From contig CAVRBD010000007.1 of NCBI GenBank assembly GCA_963718975.1, forward strand, positions 5,722-69,721: a stretch of 64,000 nucleotides of DNA. The letters are read 5' to 3'. The translations under genes and the position numbers were made by a program. The stretch's first letter is position 1. Each line of letters begins with the position of its first letter. Positions 29,469 to 38,910 of the stretch are shown here, piece by piece. Source of the DNA: an uncultured Bacteroidota bacterium (GTDB taxonomy: Bacteria > Bacteroidota > Bacteroidia > Chitinophagales > Chitinophagaceae). The notes below the pieces were generated by a model. That model was given only the letters and a program-made list of their open reading frames with translations, searched no databases and was not told the origin of the DNA.

Positions 29469-32400
29469 ATGAATAGAGCCTTATTTTTATTTATCCTCCC
29501 AGTATATTTTGTTTTACCGATAAAATCATTGTCACAAATCAATCACTCGCAAGGTTTGGCAGCCTATTATTCTTTCAATAGCAATACGAATGACGCAAGC
29601 GGCAATACCAATATTCAATCAAACTACAAGATGCCGTTTGACGACTTGTTATATGTCAATGGCCAAAATTCCGCAATCACTAACATCGATAGCGTGCATC
29701 AAAATTTCTATTCAGACTTTGGCGCAAAGGCTTCGCGTCATGTGAATAGCACAGTCATTTCTTCCCAAAATCCCAGCGCTTCTTTTATATTGAATGTTGA
29801 TGACCTTTTTTTCGGTCATCTGAACAGTCCCTCATTTCCTTATTGGAGCAATGCTGTCATCGATGAAGCACACATTTATAATCCTGCAATCAATACGCAG
29901 AAAGTAAATGAAATTTGTAATTTGTGCAACCAACCACAAGGCTCTTTGAGCGGGGATACAATTTGTTCAGGCCAACCGGGAACGCTGACATTTAATTACA
30001 CCGCTGGCACGGCCCCTTTTACAATTGAATATTCCGATGGAACAAACACATTTATACAAACCAATGTTATTAGTGGCGTCCCCTTTCCAGTGCCAAACAA
30101 CCCTACAACAACTACTTTCTATACTTTAGATTCGTTAGCTGATGCAACTACTTGTTCCAGAACAAGTGATTTCGTTTCAAATAACGCAACAATTGTTGTC
30201 AATAATTGTGTCGCCTCTTTATGTGCCGGTTCTCTGGGTGACCCTGTTGTAAATGTAACCTTCGGCAGCGGCACTAACCCTGGCCCCATTTTACCTACTG
30301 CGGCGCCAGGTGCTTCTACAACTCTTACATACGTTGCAGTAAATGGTAACCCTGCTTCACCAACTCCTGTTGATGGACAGTATACCATAACAAACAATGT
30401 TCCTGTAAACGCTGATTGGTTTTCAGGTGCCTATGATCACACCAGTAATAATGGTACTGGTTACATGGCTTTTTACAATGCAAGTGAACAGCCCGGAGAG
30501 TTCTATAGTCAAACGATAAATAATCTATGTGGGTCGTCCACTTATGAATTTGCTGCGTGGATTGCAAATGCACTAAACCCTTCTCAAGTAATCGGCGTTG
30601 ATCCTAACATAACGTTCAGTATTGAGCAGCCTGATGGCACTTTGCTGGCATCATACAACACGGGCGATATCCCACAAACTTCAACTTTTACGTGGGTACA
30701 ATATGGCTTTTATTTTACGACGCCCTTAAATGTCTCAACTGTAGTTCTTAAAATGATCAACAACAGCCCAGGTGGGCTTGCAAATCTTGGGAACGATTTG
30801 GCTATCGATGATATTACTTTCAAACCATGTGGCCCTTTGATTACCGCATCTTTTAATGCTACAACTATGGTAGACTCAGTAACTGTTTGCCAAAACACAA
30901 ATCTCACATTATATGGACATGCCTCTGGCGGTTATAATAACCCCGCGTATTTGTGGCAATCCAGTGCAGATAGCGGTAAAACCTGGAACGACATACCAAA
31001 TTCAAACACTCTTCAAATCGGTGTAACAGCCCCATCAATTAGTGCAGCTTTGCGATATCAATATAGAATGCTAAGCAGCGAAGCAAGTAATATCACATCT
31101 GCAAATTGCCGAGTGTCCTCAAATTTGACTATTCTGAATATAAATGCTGGGCCAACCGGAAATCTAACTGCCGATAGCATTTGTCCGGGCAACAGTACAA
31201 TTCTAACATTTAAGTCATCTTCAGCCCCATCGCCGTTTTCGTTAGTCTGGACTGATGGCACAAATTCTTACAATCAGGGCAGCTTGGTTAATGGCTCAAC
31301 CTTTCAAACACCTTTTACGGCAACTCAAACATCAACGTATCAACTTCATTCAATCACCGATGCCAATGGCTGCACCAATACGCTTGACTCGCCATTCACT
31401 GTTTTTGTGAACCCCTTGCCCAATGGCTATCTGAGCGGAGGTAATATTTGCAATGGCGATAGCGCTGTTATGCTCTTTACATCAACTTCCGGAACAAGCC
31501 CATTTAACATTGCGTATTCTGCTAACAGTAATGGATATGCGCTGATTGGGCTTGGCGGCAATACTACTTTCACCATCCCATATTTGCTGAATGACACCAC
31601 TAATATTTTGCTGACGTCCATTACTGATGCCAATGGATGTTCTTCAACCCTTGATACATCCGCAATTGTTAATGTGCTTCCACTTCCGCAAGGCGGCCTG
31701 GTTGGCGGCAATGTATGCGCAGGAGATTCTGCCGGAATTACATTCAATTCAACCAATGGCACCGGCCCTTTTGAAGTTGAAATATCGGACGGAACAAATA
31801 CGACAACATATTATGATGTGAATTCTGGAATACCTTTCAAAATTTCACCCGTAACACAAACAACAAATATTTCATTGGTATCAATTACTGATGCGAATGG
31901 AACCTGGTGGCACAGGGCTGCGGGGTTTACTTCACCAAACGCAACCATTACCGCGCAACCTTCTCCTGTTATTCAATTTGATTCTCTAACGGCAATATGT
32001 ATCCAACAATCATCTTTTCAAATTACACAAGCAACAGAAACGACAGGCATTACAGGGACTGGCAGTTATAGTGGCGATGGCGTTAGCCCCACCGGCAATT
32101 TTACTCCTACCGCCGCAGGCGTTGGAATGCATAATATAACTTATACTTATGTTGCAACTGATGGCTGCAGTTCTTCAGATAGCAGCAACATAACAGTGAA
32201 CCCTACTCCGGTTGTGAGCGCCGGGCCTGATTTCGTTACATGCATAGGATTTCCTGCGCAGCTGAATGCAACAGGCGCATCGTCTTATGTGTGGTCGCCG
32301 TCAATAGGTCTTGATAATCCTTCTAAACCTAACCCGATAGCCACCATTGACAGCACCACGACTTATATCGTTCTTGGCACAGATTCAAACGGCTGTTATG

Positions 32401-32714
32401 CATCTGATACAATAACGGTAGATGTTAGCAAAAGCGGCATTGCTGCTTTTGTGGTGCCGAATGCATTTACGCCAAATGGTGATGGCTTAAATGATTGCTT
32501 TGGCATAGGGCATTGGGGAGAAGTGACCGTTTATGAGTTTTCAATTTTTAACAGATGGGGCGAACTTGTATTCACTACCAAAAACCCTTCTGATTGCTGG
32601 AACGGAACATTCAATGGACAGAAGCAACCTGCAGGTGGCTATCCATATGTAATTAAAGCCAAAACTCCTTGCGGAAATGTAACCAGAACGGGTATTGTAA
32701 TGCTTGTTCGCTAA
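29469..32714 (+). CDS. T9SS substrate with type-B (gliding-motility-associated) CTD and Ig-like repeats
   Basis: C-terminal PNAFTPNGDGLND...IFNRWGE...WNG; repeated SITDANG modules. Confidence 0.88.
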   Translation: MNRALFLFILPVYFVLPIKSLSQINHSQGLAAYYSFNSNTNDASGNTNIQSNYKMPFDDLLYVNGQNSAITNIDSVHQNFYSDFGAKASRHVNSTVISSQNPSASFILNVDDLFFGHLNSPSFPYWSNAVIDEAHIYNPAINTQKVNEICNLCNQPQGSLSGDTICSGQPGTLTFNYTAGTAPFTIEYSDGTNTFIQTNVISGVPFPVPNNPTTTTFYTLDSLADATTCSRTSDFVSNNATIVVNNCVASLCAGSLGDPVVNVTFGSGTNPGPILPTAAPGASTTLTYVAVNGNPASPTPVDGQYTITNNVPVNADWFSGAYDHTSNNGTGYMAFYNASEQPGEFYSQTINNLCGSSTYEFAAWIANALNPSQVIGVDPNITFSIEQPDGTLLASYNTGDIPQTSTFTWVQYGFYFTTPLNVSTVVLKMINNSPGGLANLGNDLAIDDITFKPCGPLITASFNATTMVDSVTVCQNTNLTLYGHASGGYNNPAYLWQSSADSGKTWNDIPNSNTLQIGVTAPSISAALRYQYRMLSSEASNITSANCRVSSNLTILNINAGPTGNLTADSICPGNSTILTFKSSSAPSPFSLVWTDGTNSYNQGSLVNGSTFQTPFTATQTSTYQLHSITDANGCTNTLDSPFTVFVNPLPNGYLSGGNICNGDSAVMLFTSTSGTSPFNIAYSANSNGYALIGLGGNTTFTIPYLLNDTTNILLTSITDANGCSSTLDTSAIVNVLPLPQGGLVGGNVCAGDSAGITFNSTNGTGPFEVEISDGTNTTTYYDVNSGIPFKISPVTQTTNISLVSITDANGTWWHRAAGFTSPNATITAQPSPVIQFDSLTAICIQQSSFQITQATETTGITGTGSYSGDGVSPTGNFTPTAAGVGMHNITYTYVATDGCSSSDSSNITVNPTPVVSAGPDFVTCIGFPAQLNATGASSYVWSPSIGLDNPSKPNPIATIDSTTTYIVLGTDSNGCYASDTITVDVSKSGIAAFVVPNAFTPNGDGLNDCFGIGHWGEVTVYEFSIFNRWGELVFTTKNPSDCWNGTFNGQKQPAGGYPYVIKAKTPCGNVTRTGIVMLVR

Positions 32715-33460
32715 GCAATTATTTCTGAAGAATATTTCAGGAACAGATCAAGCCCTTTTCTTTTTTCAACATCAAGTTGGTAGCTAATGTGCCTGGTATA
32801 ATATTCACGAAGATCAAAATTTTTATACTCAATATTTTTCAATAAAGCATTCAGGTTTTGTAATCCGTTTTTATTTGCCTCATTAAATTCTTCAATAAAA
32901 TTTTTGTCGATTTTTTTATTGCTCACCCATGCAGCAAATACAAACGGCAGCTTTGTAAAATCTTTCCATGCCTCCCCAAGATCATAAATATATTTCGACG
33001 TCTTTCTTTGCTCAAGCGCCCTGTCGCCAATCACAAGCCCGGCGGTTGATCCTTCGATATGCTCTCTGAAATCTTCTTTGGCGTCTTCAAAAAGCGGGTT
33101 AATTTTCCAGTATTCTTTCAACAAAATTTTTGCAAGCTGAACAGAAGTGCGGCTTTGGTAATCCAGCAAAACTTTCTCAATTTGTTCAATAGGCTTTTCG
33201 CTAAACAGGCAAACCGATGCTACGGCGCCATCGCTTCCAATGCAGTAATCTGTATTAATATAATGTTCTTTCAGTTTGGGGATTATAGCTACCGGCACAA
33301 GGCCGATATCAATTTCATCATTGAGCAACATGGATGCAATGCGTGATGGATAATCAATTTTCAATTCTATTTTATCTACAACCGGAGAATGCTGAATACC
33401 GTACAGCAAAGGCTTTGTGTTCAGATAGCTCACTGCTCCTACCCTTATTTTTCTTTCCAA
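32711..33460 (-). CDS. mqnA: Chorismate dehydratase (futalosine menaquinone pathway)
   Basis: VGAVSYLNTKP, SRTS, IGDRAL, LPFVFAAW; TTG start assumed. Confidence 0.85.
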   Translation of the reverse strand: MERKIRVGAVSYLNTKPLLYGIQHSPVVDKIELKIDYPSRIASMLLNDEIDIGLVPVAIIPKLKEHYINTDYCIGSDGAVASVCLFSEKPIEQIEKVLLDYQSRTSVQLAKILLKEYWKINPLFEDAKEDFREHIEGSTAGLVIGDRALEQRKTSKYIYDLGEAWKDFTKLPFVFAAWVSNKKIDKNFIEEFNEANKNGLQNLNALLKNIEYKNFDLREYYTRHISYQLDVEKRKGLDLFLKYSSEIIA

Positions 33461-33471
33461 TTCGTTTGCTT

Positions 33472-33490
33472 TAATTTTGGCGCAAAGGTA
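33472..33490. promoter_or_regulatory. Closely spaced divergent -7 boxes for purB (TAATTTTG, plus) and mqnA (TACCTTTG, minus)
   Basis: taattttg-gcg-caaaggta. Confidence 0.55.
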
Positions 33491-33529
33491 AGTGCGGGAA
33501 ATCAAATACAATCTTCATCAATCAAGTTC

Positions 33530-34876
33530 ATGGAATTAAACACACTCACAGCCATTTCTCCAATTGACGGGCGCTATCATAAGCAATTAAATTTTCTGGA
33601 TGATTATTTTTCAGAATATGCGCTCATGAAATATCGTGTGCTTGTAGAGGTTGAATATTTTATTTTCCTGAGCGATAAAAAAATATTTTCTCTTTCATCT
33701 TCGGTAAAAAAACAGCTTCAGTCTGTTGCAGAAAATTTTAGCATTGATGATGCTATTGAAATTAAGGAGACCGAAAGCATTACCAATCATGATGTAAAAG
33801 CCGTTGAATATTTTTTAAAAAAGAAATTGGATGAAACAAAAGCAGGCGCGATTAAAGAATGGGTTCATTTCGGATTGACTTCTCAGGATATTAACAACAC
33901 ATCTATCCCATTGTTGTGGAAGCATGCTGTTGAAATAGAATATTTGCCATCATTGCTGAATTTAAATCGCCAATTGAAATTATTGGCAGATGAATGGAAC
34001 GATGTTCCCATGCTTGCCAGAACTCATGGACAGCCCGCTTCCCCAACAATTCTTGGAAAAGAGATTTTAGTTTTTGTTGAAAGAATAGAAAACCAGGTGG
34101 ACCAGTTGATAGCAATTCCTTTTTCTGCAAAATTTGGCGGAGCAACAGGAAATCTGAACGCACACCAAATTGCTTTTCCAAAAAAAGATTGGGTTAAACT
34201 TGCCAACGAATTTGTTGAAGGAACGCTTGGATTGCATCGCCAGCAATACACAACTCAAATTGAACATTATGATAACCTCGCTGCTTTTTTTGATGTGATG
34301 AAAAGGATCAACACCATCCTTATTGATTTTTCACGAGATGTGTGGGCTTATGTGTCGATGGATTATTTCAAACAAAAAATAAAAAAGGGCGAAATCGGCT
34401 CATCAGCGATGCCGCACAAAGTGAACCCGATTGATTTTGAAAATGCAGAAGGGAATTTAGGTATCGCAAATGCATTGTTTGAGCATTTCTCTGCAAAGCT
34501 TCCGATATCAAGGTTGCAAAGAGACTTAACAGATTCAACTGTGCTCCGCAATATCGGCGTGCCTTTTGCTCACACCATTCTTTCACTGAAATCAATTGAG
34601 AAAGGATTGGGCAAACTGGTGCTCAACCAAAATAAAATAACTGAAGATCTGGAAAACAATTGGGCGGTTGTTGCAGAAGCTATACAAACAGTTTTGCGAA
34701 GAGAAAATTATCCTGAGCCCTATGAAGCATTGAAAGAATTGACACGCGGAAATTCTGCCATCACAAAACAATCCATTCATTCCTTTATCGATAAATTAAA
34801 AATTTCTACAGTTATAAAAAAAGAATTGAAAAAGATATCACCGCATAATTACACTGGCGTGTCGCTTAGGTTTTAA
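33530..34876 (+). CDS. purB: Adenylosuccinate lyase
   Basis: AISPIDGRY, TNHDVKAVEY, GSSAMPHKVNPIDFEN. Confidence 0.96.
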   Translation: MELNTLTAISPIDGRYHKQLNFLDDYFSEYALMKYRVLVEVEYFIFLSDKKIFSLSSSVKKQLQSVAENFSIDDAIEIKETESITNHDVKAVEYFLKKKLDETKAGAIKEWVHFGLTSQDINNTSIPLLWKHAVEIEYLPSLLNLNRQLKLLADEWNDVPMLARTHGQPASPTILGKEILVFVERIENQVDQLIAIPFSAKFGGATGNLNAHQIAFPKKDWVKLANEFVEGTLGLHRQQYTTQIEHYDNLAAFFDVMKRINTILIDFSRDVWAYVSMDYFKQKIKKGEIGSSAMPHKVNPIDFENAEGNLGIANALFEHFSAKLPISRLQRDLTDSTVLRNIGVPFAHTILSLKSIEKGLGKLVLNQNKITEDLENNWAVVAEAIQTVLRRENYPEPYEALKELTRGNSAITKQSIHSFIDKLKISTVIKKELKKISPHNYTGVSLRF

Positions 34877-34905
34877 GTGCAGTTTTTTTTGATTAACTTC
34901 GCCAC

Positions 34906-35451
34906 ATGCCATTAGCGCAAAAAATAATACCACATTACACTTACGATGATTATGTTCATTGGGAGGGCAGATGGGAACTGATTGAGGGACATCCTATCGC
35001 TATGAGCCCACTGCCAACGCCAAGACATCAAAAAATAACAGCAGAACTTATTGCGACATTTCATTATGTAATTAAGGAAGGTAATTGCAAGAAATGCAGG
35101 GTATATGACCCGATTGATTATAAAATTACAGAAGATACAATCATTCAACCAGATGTATTAATTGTTTGCGCTGAGATCAAAAAGGCTTTTCTCGATTTCC
35201 CGCCTACCTTAGTTGTTGAAGTTTTATCGCCATCTACTGCTATCCGCGACAAGCATACCAAGTATGATATTTATCAACAACAGGGAGTGAAATATTATTT
35301 GATTGTTGACGCAGACAAAAAATCAATTGAAATTTACATGCTTGAAAGCGGAGCTTATGTTTTACAAAGTACCCCGCAAAACAAATTTGATTTTTTTCTT
35401 GACGATGATTGTTCCGTTACTATAGATTTCAACGAAGTGAAGCTGGATTGA
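34906..35451 (+). CDS. Uma2-family (PD-(D/E)XK) endonuclease
   Basis: ELIEG...MSP.P...H, IQPDV, LVVEVLSPST...D...K...Y. Confidence 0.88.
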   Translation: MPLAQKIIPHYTYDDYVHWEGRWELIEGHPIAMSPLPTPRHQKITAELIATFHYVIKEGNCKKCRVYDPIDYKITEDTIIQPDVLIVCAEIKKAFLDFPPTLVVEVLSPSTAIRDKHTKYDIYQQQGVKYYLIVDADKKSIEIYMLESGAYVLQSTPQNKFDFFLDDDCSVTIDFNEVKLD

Positions 35452-35953
35452 CTTCTATCTTCCACCAAAGCATATTTTCTTTCTTATCAAATTTTTGAAA
35501 ATTATTTTTCTGAACTACTTTGATCGAAGCAATATTAATCTCATGAGTTTCTGCTAAAATGAAATTAATATCCCTACGTTTCTTTGCCCATTCAATCATT
35601 CCTCCAACAGCTTCAGTCATAATTCCCTTTCTTCTGTAGCCGAAAAATGTTCCATAACCTATTTCGATTTCGTTATGGTTGTTTGGAACACCTTTAAAGC
35701 CTAATTCCGCAACAATGTTCCGGGAAGATTTTTCAATAACAATCCAAAAAGTGTAAAAAAGATAGGCATCGCCGGCAGCTTTTTTCATTTGTGGTAAAAT
35801 CAAATACTCCGCTCTATCTTTTATTTCTTTCGAAACTATTCTAACGGTTTGGGATATGCGCAATTCTTTTTCCAGCTTTCTGTTGCCTTGAAGATATAGT
35901 CGAAGCTGGCGATAATCCAATGGGATAATTTCAAATCGATTTGTTTCAACCAC
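35429..35953 (-). CDS. GNAT acetyltransferase (RimJ-like)
   Basis: EIGYG...RRKGIMTEA, NIASIKV. Confidence 0.8.
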   Translation of the reverse strand: MVETNRFEIIPLDYRQLRLYLQGNRKLEKELRISQTVRIVSKEIKDRAEYLILPQMKKAAGDAYLFYTFWIVIEKSSRNIVAELGFKGVPNNHNEIEIGYGTFFGYRRKGIMTEAVGGMIEWAKKRRDINFILAETHEINIASIKVVQKNNFQKFDKKENMLWWKIEVNPASLR

Positions 35954-36005
35954 AATTGCCGGTTTTGCGATAGTGAATGTTTTTCTTTCTTATTTGCAGC
36001 CTGCT

Positions 36006-37592
36006 CTACTTGTGGATCTCGCTGGTGAAATGAAATTCAATATCAGGATTGTTTGTTCTCTCTGTATTCAGGAACCATTCGCTTTGTGCCAGATAAACCA
36101 AATGGCCATCCTTGTCATTGGCGATATTAGCATGTTTGTAACGAATAAAATCTTCCAGCTTTTGCGGATCTTTACTCGTTATCCAACATGCTTTGTAAAA
36201 GGGCAGGCTATTGAATTGAACAGATGCACTGTATTCATGAAGCAGGCGGTATTGAATCACTTCAAATTGAAGCTCACCTACACAACCTATGATTTTTTTG
36301 TTGCCACCAAACTGAGTGAATAATTGCGCAACGCCTTCGTCAGTTAATTGCAGCAATCCCTTCTCAAGCTGTTTCGATTTCATCGGGTCTTTGTTGATTA
36401 CCTCTTTAAAAATTTCCGGAGAGAATGAAGGTATACCTGTAAAATAAAAATCTTCTCCTTCTGTCAATGTATCACCAATTTTAAAATTGCCGGTGTCGAA
36501 TAAGCCAACTACATCGCCGGGAAAAGCTTCTTCAATTACATCTTTATCTCTTGCCAGGAAAGTATATGGATTACTGAACCTAACGTCCTTGTGTAACCGA
36601 ACATGGTGGAAATATTTGTTGCGCTCAAACTTTCCGCTGCACACGCGAAGAAATGCAATCCTATCACGATGTTTCGGGTCAAGGTTGGCATGAATCTTAA
36701 AAATAAATCCACTTAATTTTTCTTCGCCCGGACAAACCTCCCGTATGGAGGTAGGCCTGCAAAGCGGTGTCGGCGCAATCTTGATAAATGTATCAAGCAT
36801 TTCTCTTACCCCGAAATTGTTGATGGCACTGCCAAAAAAAACCGGAGCGACTTTTCCTGCGCGATAATCTTCTACGTTTAATTGTCCGTGAACACCGTCT
36901 ACAAGCTCCACATCTTCGCGAAGAACTGCCGCATCTCTTTCACCTAATTTTTCATAGAGCAATGAACTGTTCAAATCATTTATCTGAACTATATCTTCAT
37001 CTGCTCCTTTTGTATTGGCAGTGAATAGCACCAGACTTTTATCATCGAGATTATATACACCTTTAAATTCTTTCCCGCTGTTGATCGGCCAGGTCATCGG
37101 GTGCAATTGAATGCTCAGTTCTTTCTCGATTTCTTCTAATAAATCAAACCGGTTTTTTCCATCGCGGTCCATTTTGTTGATAAAAACAATAACAGGCGTA
37201 TCGCGCATACGGCAAACTTCCATCAGCCTGCGCGTTTGTGCTTCCACGCCGTTCACACTGTCAATGACCAAGATCACACTATCAACCGCAGTGAGCGTTC
37301 TGTACGTGTCTTCTGCAAAGTCTTTGTGGCCGGGCGTATCAAGAAGATTAATCAAAATGCCTTTATATTTAAAGCTCATTACTGATGTAGCAACAGAAAT
37401 TCCACGCTGTCTTTCAATTTCCATGAAATCGCTGGTGGCATATTTTTTTATCTTATTGCTTTTTACTGCGCCGGCAGTTTGTATAGCGCCACCAAACAGC
37501 AAAAATTTTTCTGTTAATGTAGTCTTTCCGGCATCGGGGTGAGAGATGATTGCAAATGTTCTTCGCTTGCTTATTTCGTTTGTGTACTTCAT
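36006..37592 (-). CDS. prfC: Peptide chain release factor 3
   Basis: [27 protein letters not shown]. Confidence 0.96.
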   Translation of the reverse strand: MKYTNEISKRRTFAIISHPDAGKTTLTEKFLLFGGAIQTAGAVKSNKIKKYATSDFMEIERQRGISVATSVMSFKYKGILINLLDTPGHKDFAEDTYRTLTAVDSVILVIDSVNGVEAQTRRLMEVCRMRDTPVIVFINKMDRDGKNRFDLLEEIEKELSIQLHPMTWPINSGKEFKGVYNLDDKSLVLFTANTKGADEDIVQINDLNSSLLYEKLGERDAAVLREDVELVDGVHGQLNVEDYRAGKVAPVFFGSAINNFGVREMLDTFIKIAPTPLCRPTSIREVCPGEEKLSGFIFKIHANLDPKHRDRIAFLRVCSGKFERNKYFHHVRLHKDVRFSNPYTFLARDKDVIEEAFPGDVVGLFDTGNFKIGDTLTEGEDFYFTGIPSFSPEIFKEVINKDPMKSKQLEKGLLQLTDEGVAQLFTQFGGNKKIIGCVGELQFEVIQYRLLHEYSASVQFNSLPFYKACWITSKDPQKLEDFIRYKHANIANDKDGHLVYLAQSEWFLNTERTNNPDIEFHFTSEIHK

Positions 37593-37620
37593 AATTTTCG
37601 AGCCGCAAAGTTATGGATTA

Positions 37621-37722
37621 ACTACAGAGAAACACAGAGTTTTTTGAACTGAATAACTAAGAAATTTATTGCTCAAACATTCAGTTGTAGCCATTATATT
37701 AATTCTTTGCATCTCCATGTCA
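37621..37722. repeat. Degenerate cacagag-type element
   Basis: ctacagagaaacacagag resembles the arms flanking the GxxExxY gene. Confidence 0.4.
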
Positions 37723-37786
37723 CAAAAAATTTCAAAGGGTTTATGACTGGCCGATTATGAAACCAGTGCTCAATAAAATTATTGTA

Positions 37787-37844
37787 GTACAAGAGTGCGA
37801 CGCAACGAGGCTAAATAGAAATGCCAACGCCGGGAACAAAAAAA
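37787..37844 (+). repeat. Dispersed ~60-nt repeat (GAGTGCGACGCAACGA core), copy 1
   Basis: gtacaagagtgcgacgcaacga...gggaacaaaaaaa. Confidence 0.7.
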
Positions 37845-37907
37845 TATTAACAAAATCACGCGCACTTATTTTTTTCATGTTTGAAGGAATTAATTACTTT
37901 CAGTATT

Positions 37908-38837
37908 ATGGCGAAAGAATTTTCAACTGCTGAAGAAAGATTGCGCTACCGCAACGCAAAAAGCTTTTTGCGACGAAGAGCCTTTTATATAAGGAGCATG
38001 AAGGATTTCATTTTGCTGAGCGCTGGCATTTTATCTGCAGGCTTTGGGCTTGAAAGTTTTTTGCTGCCCAATAATTTTATAGATGGTGGCGCAACAGGTA
38101 TTTCGCTGTTACTGTCGGAAATCACAAAATGGAAGCTGGCGTTATATCTTATACTTGTAAATATCCCATTTGTGGTTCTTGGATTTAAACAAATAGGAAA
38201 AAGCTTTGGGATAAAAACTGTTCTTGCAATCATCGGGCTGGCTTTGTGCATCACGTTCATTCATTATCCTGTCATTACTTCAGATAAATTGCTGGTTGCG
38301 GTGTTCGGCGGATTTTTTCTTGGCGCAGGGATCGGGCTTGCGATGCGCGGTGGCGGCGTGCTTGATGGCACTGAAATCCTTGCTATTTATTTAAGCAGGA
38401 AGATGAGCATTTCTGTGGGTGATACAGTTCTTGCTTTCAACATTGCGATATTTTCTGCGGCTGCATATATTCTTTCCATCGAAACCGCTTTGTATTCTAT
38501 ACTCACTTATATTGCCGCATCCAAAACGCTCGATTTTATTATTGAAGGGATTGATGAATATATCGGTGTTACAGTTATTTCACCAAAGTCGGAAGAGATT
38601 TACAAAATGATCACTGAAAAAATCGGAAGAGGGATTACTGTTTACAGAGGAAATAAAGGCTTCGGGAAAGCAGGGCATACTTCTGAAATGAATATACTTT
38701 TTTCTGTTGTTACCAGGCTCGAAATTTCACGATTGAAAACAGAAGTGGAAGCGATTGACCCAAATGCTTTTATTATCATGAACAATATTAAAGATACTCA
38801 TGGCGGCATGATCAAGAAGCGGCCACTGGCGCATTAA
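37908..38837 (+). CDS. YitT family membrane protein (DUF161 + DUF2179)
   Basis: FIDGGATGIS, GGVLDGTEI, IDPNAF. Confidence 0.88.
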   Translation: MAKEFSTAEERLRYRNAKSFLRRRAFYIRSMKDFILLSAGILSAGFGLESFLLPNNFIDGGATGISLLLSEITKWKLALYLILVNIPFVVLGFKQIGKSFGIKTVLAIIGLALCITFIHYPVITSDKLLVAVFGGFFLGAGIGLAMRGGGVLDGTEILAIYLSRKMSISVGDTVLAFNIAIFSAAAYILSIETALYSILTYIAASKTLDFIIEGIDEYIGVTVISPKSEEIYKMITEKIGRGITVYRGNKGFGKAGHTSEMNILFSVVTRLEISRLKTEVEAIDPNAFIIMNNIKDTHGGMIKKRPLAH

Positions 38838-38840
38838 AAA

Positions 38841-38910
38841 AGCTGTGAGCCATGAGCTGTGAGCTTCGAGCAAAAAATGTAGCCTGAAGCTCGTGGTTAT
38901 TGGCTCACAA
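38841..38910. repeat. Heptamer inverted repeat between convergent genes
   Basis: agctgtg agccatg agctgtg agcttcg ... agctcgt ggttatt ggctcac. Confidence 0.65.

Noticed and set aside
32711-33460. mqnA as a sign of horizontal transfer
   Set aside because: The gene sits in ordinary housekeeping context with a native promoter box and no mobility signs
34906-35953. Toxin-antitoxin pair
   Set aside because: The genes are convergent, not an operon, and the GNAT looks RimJ-like
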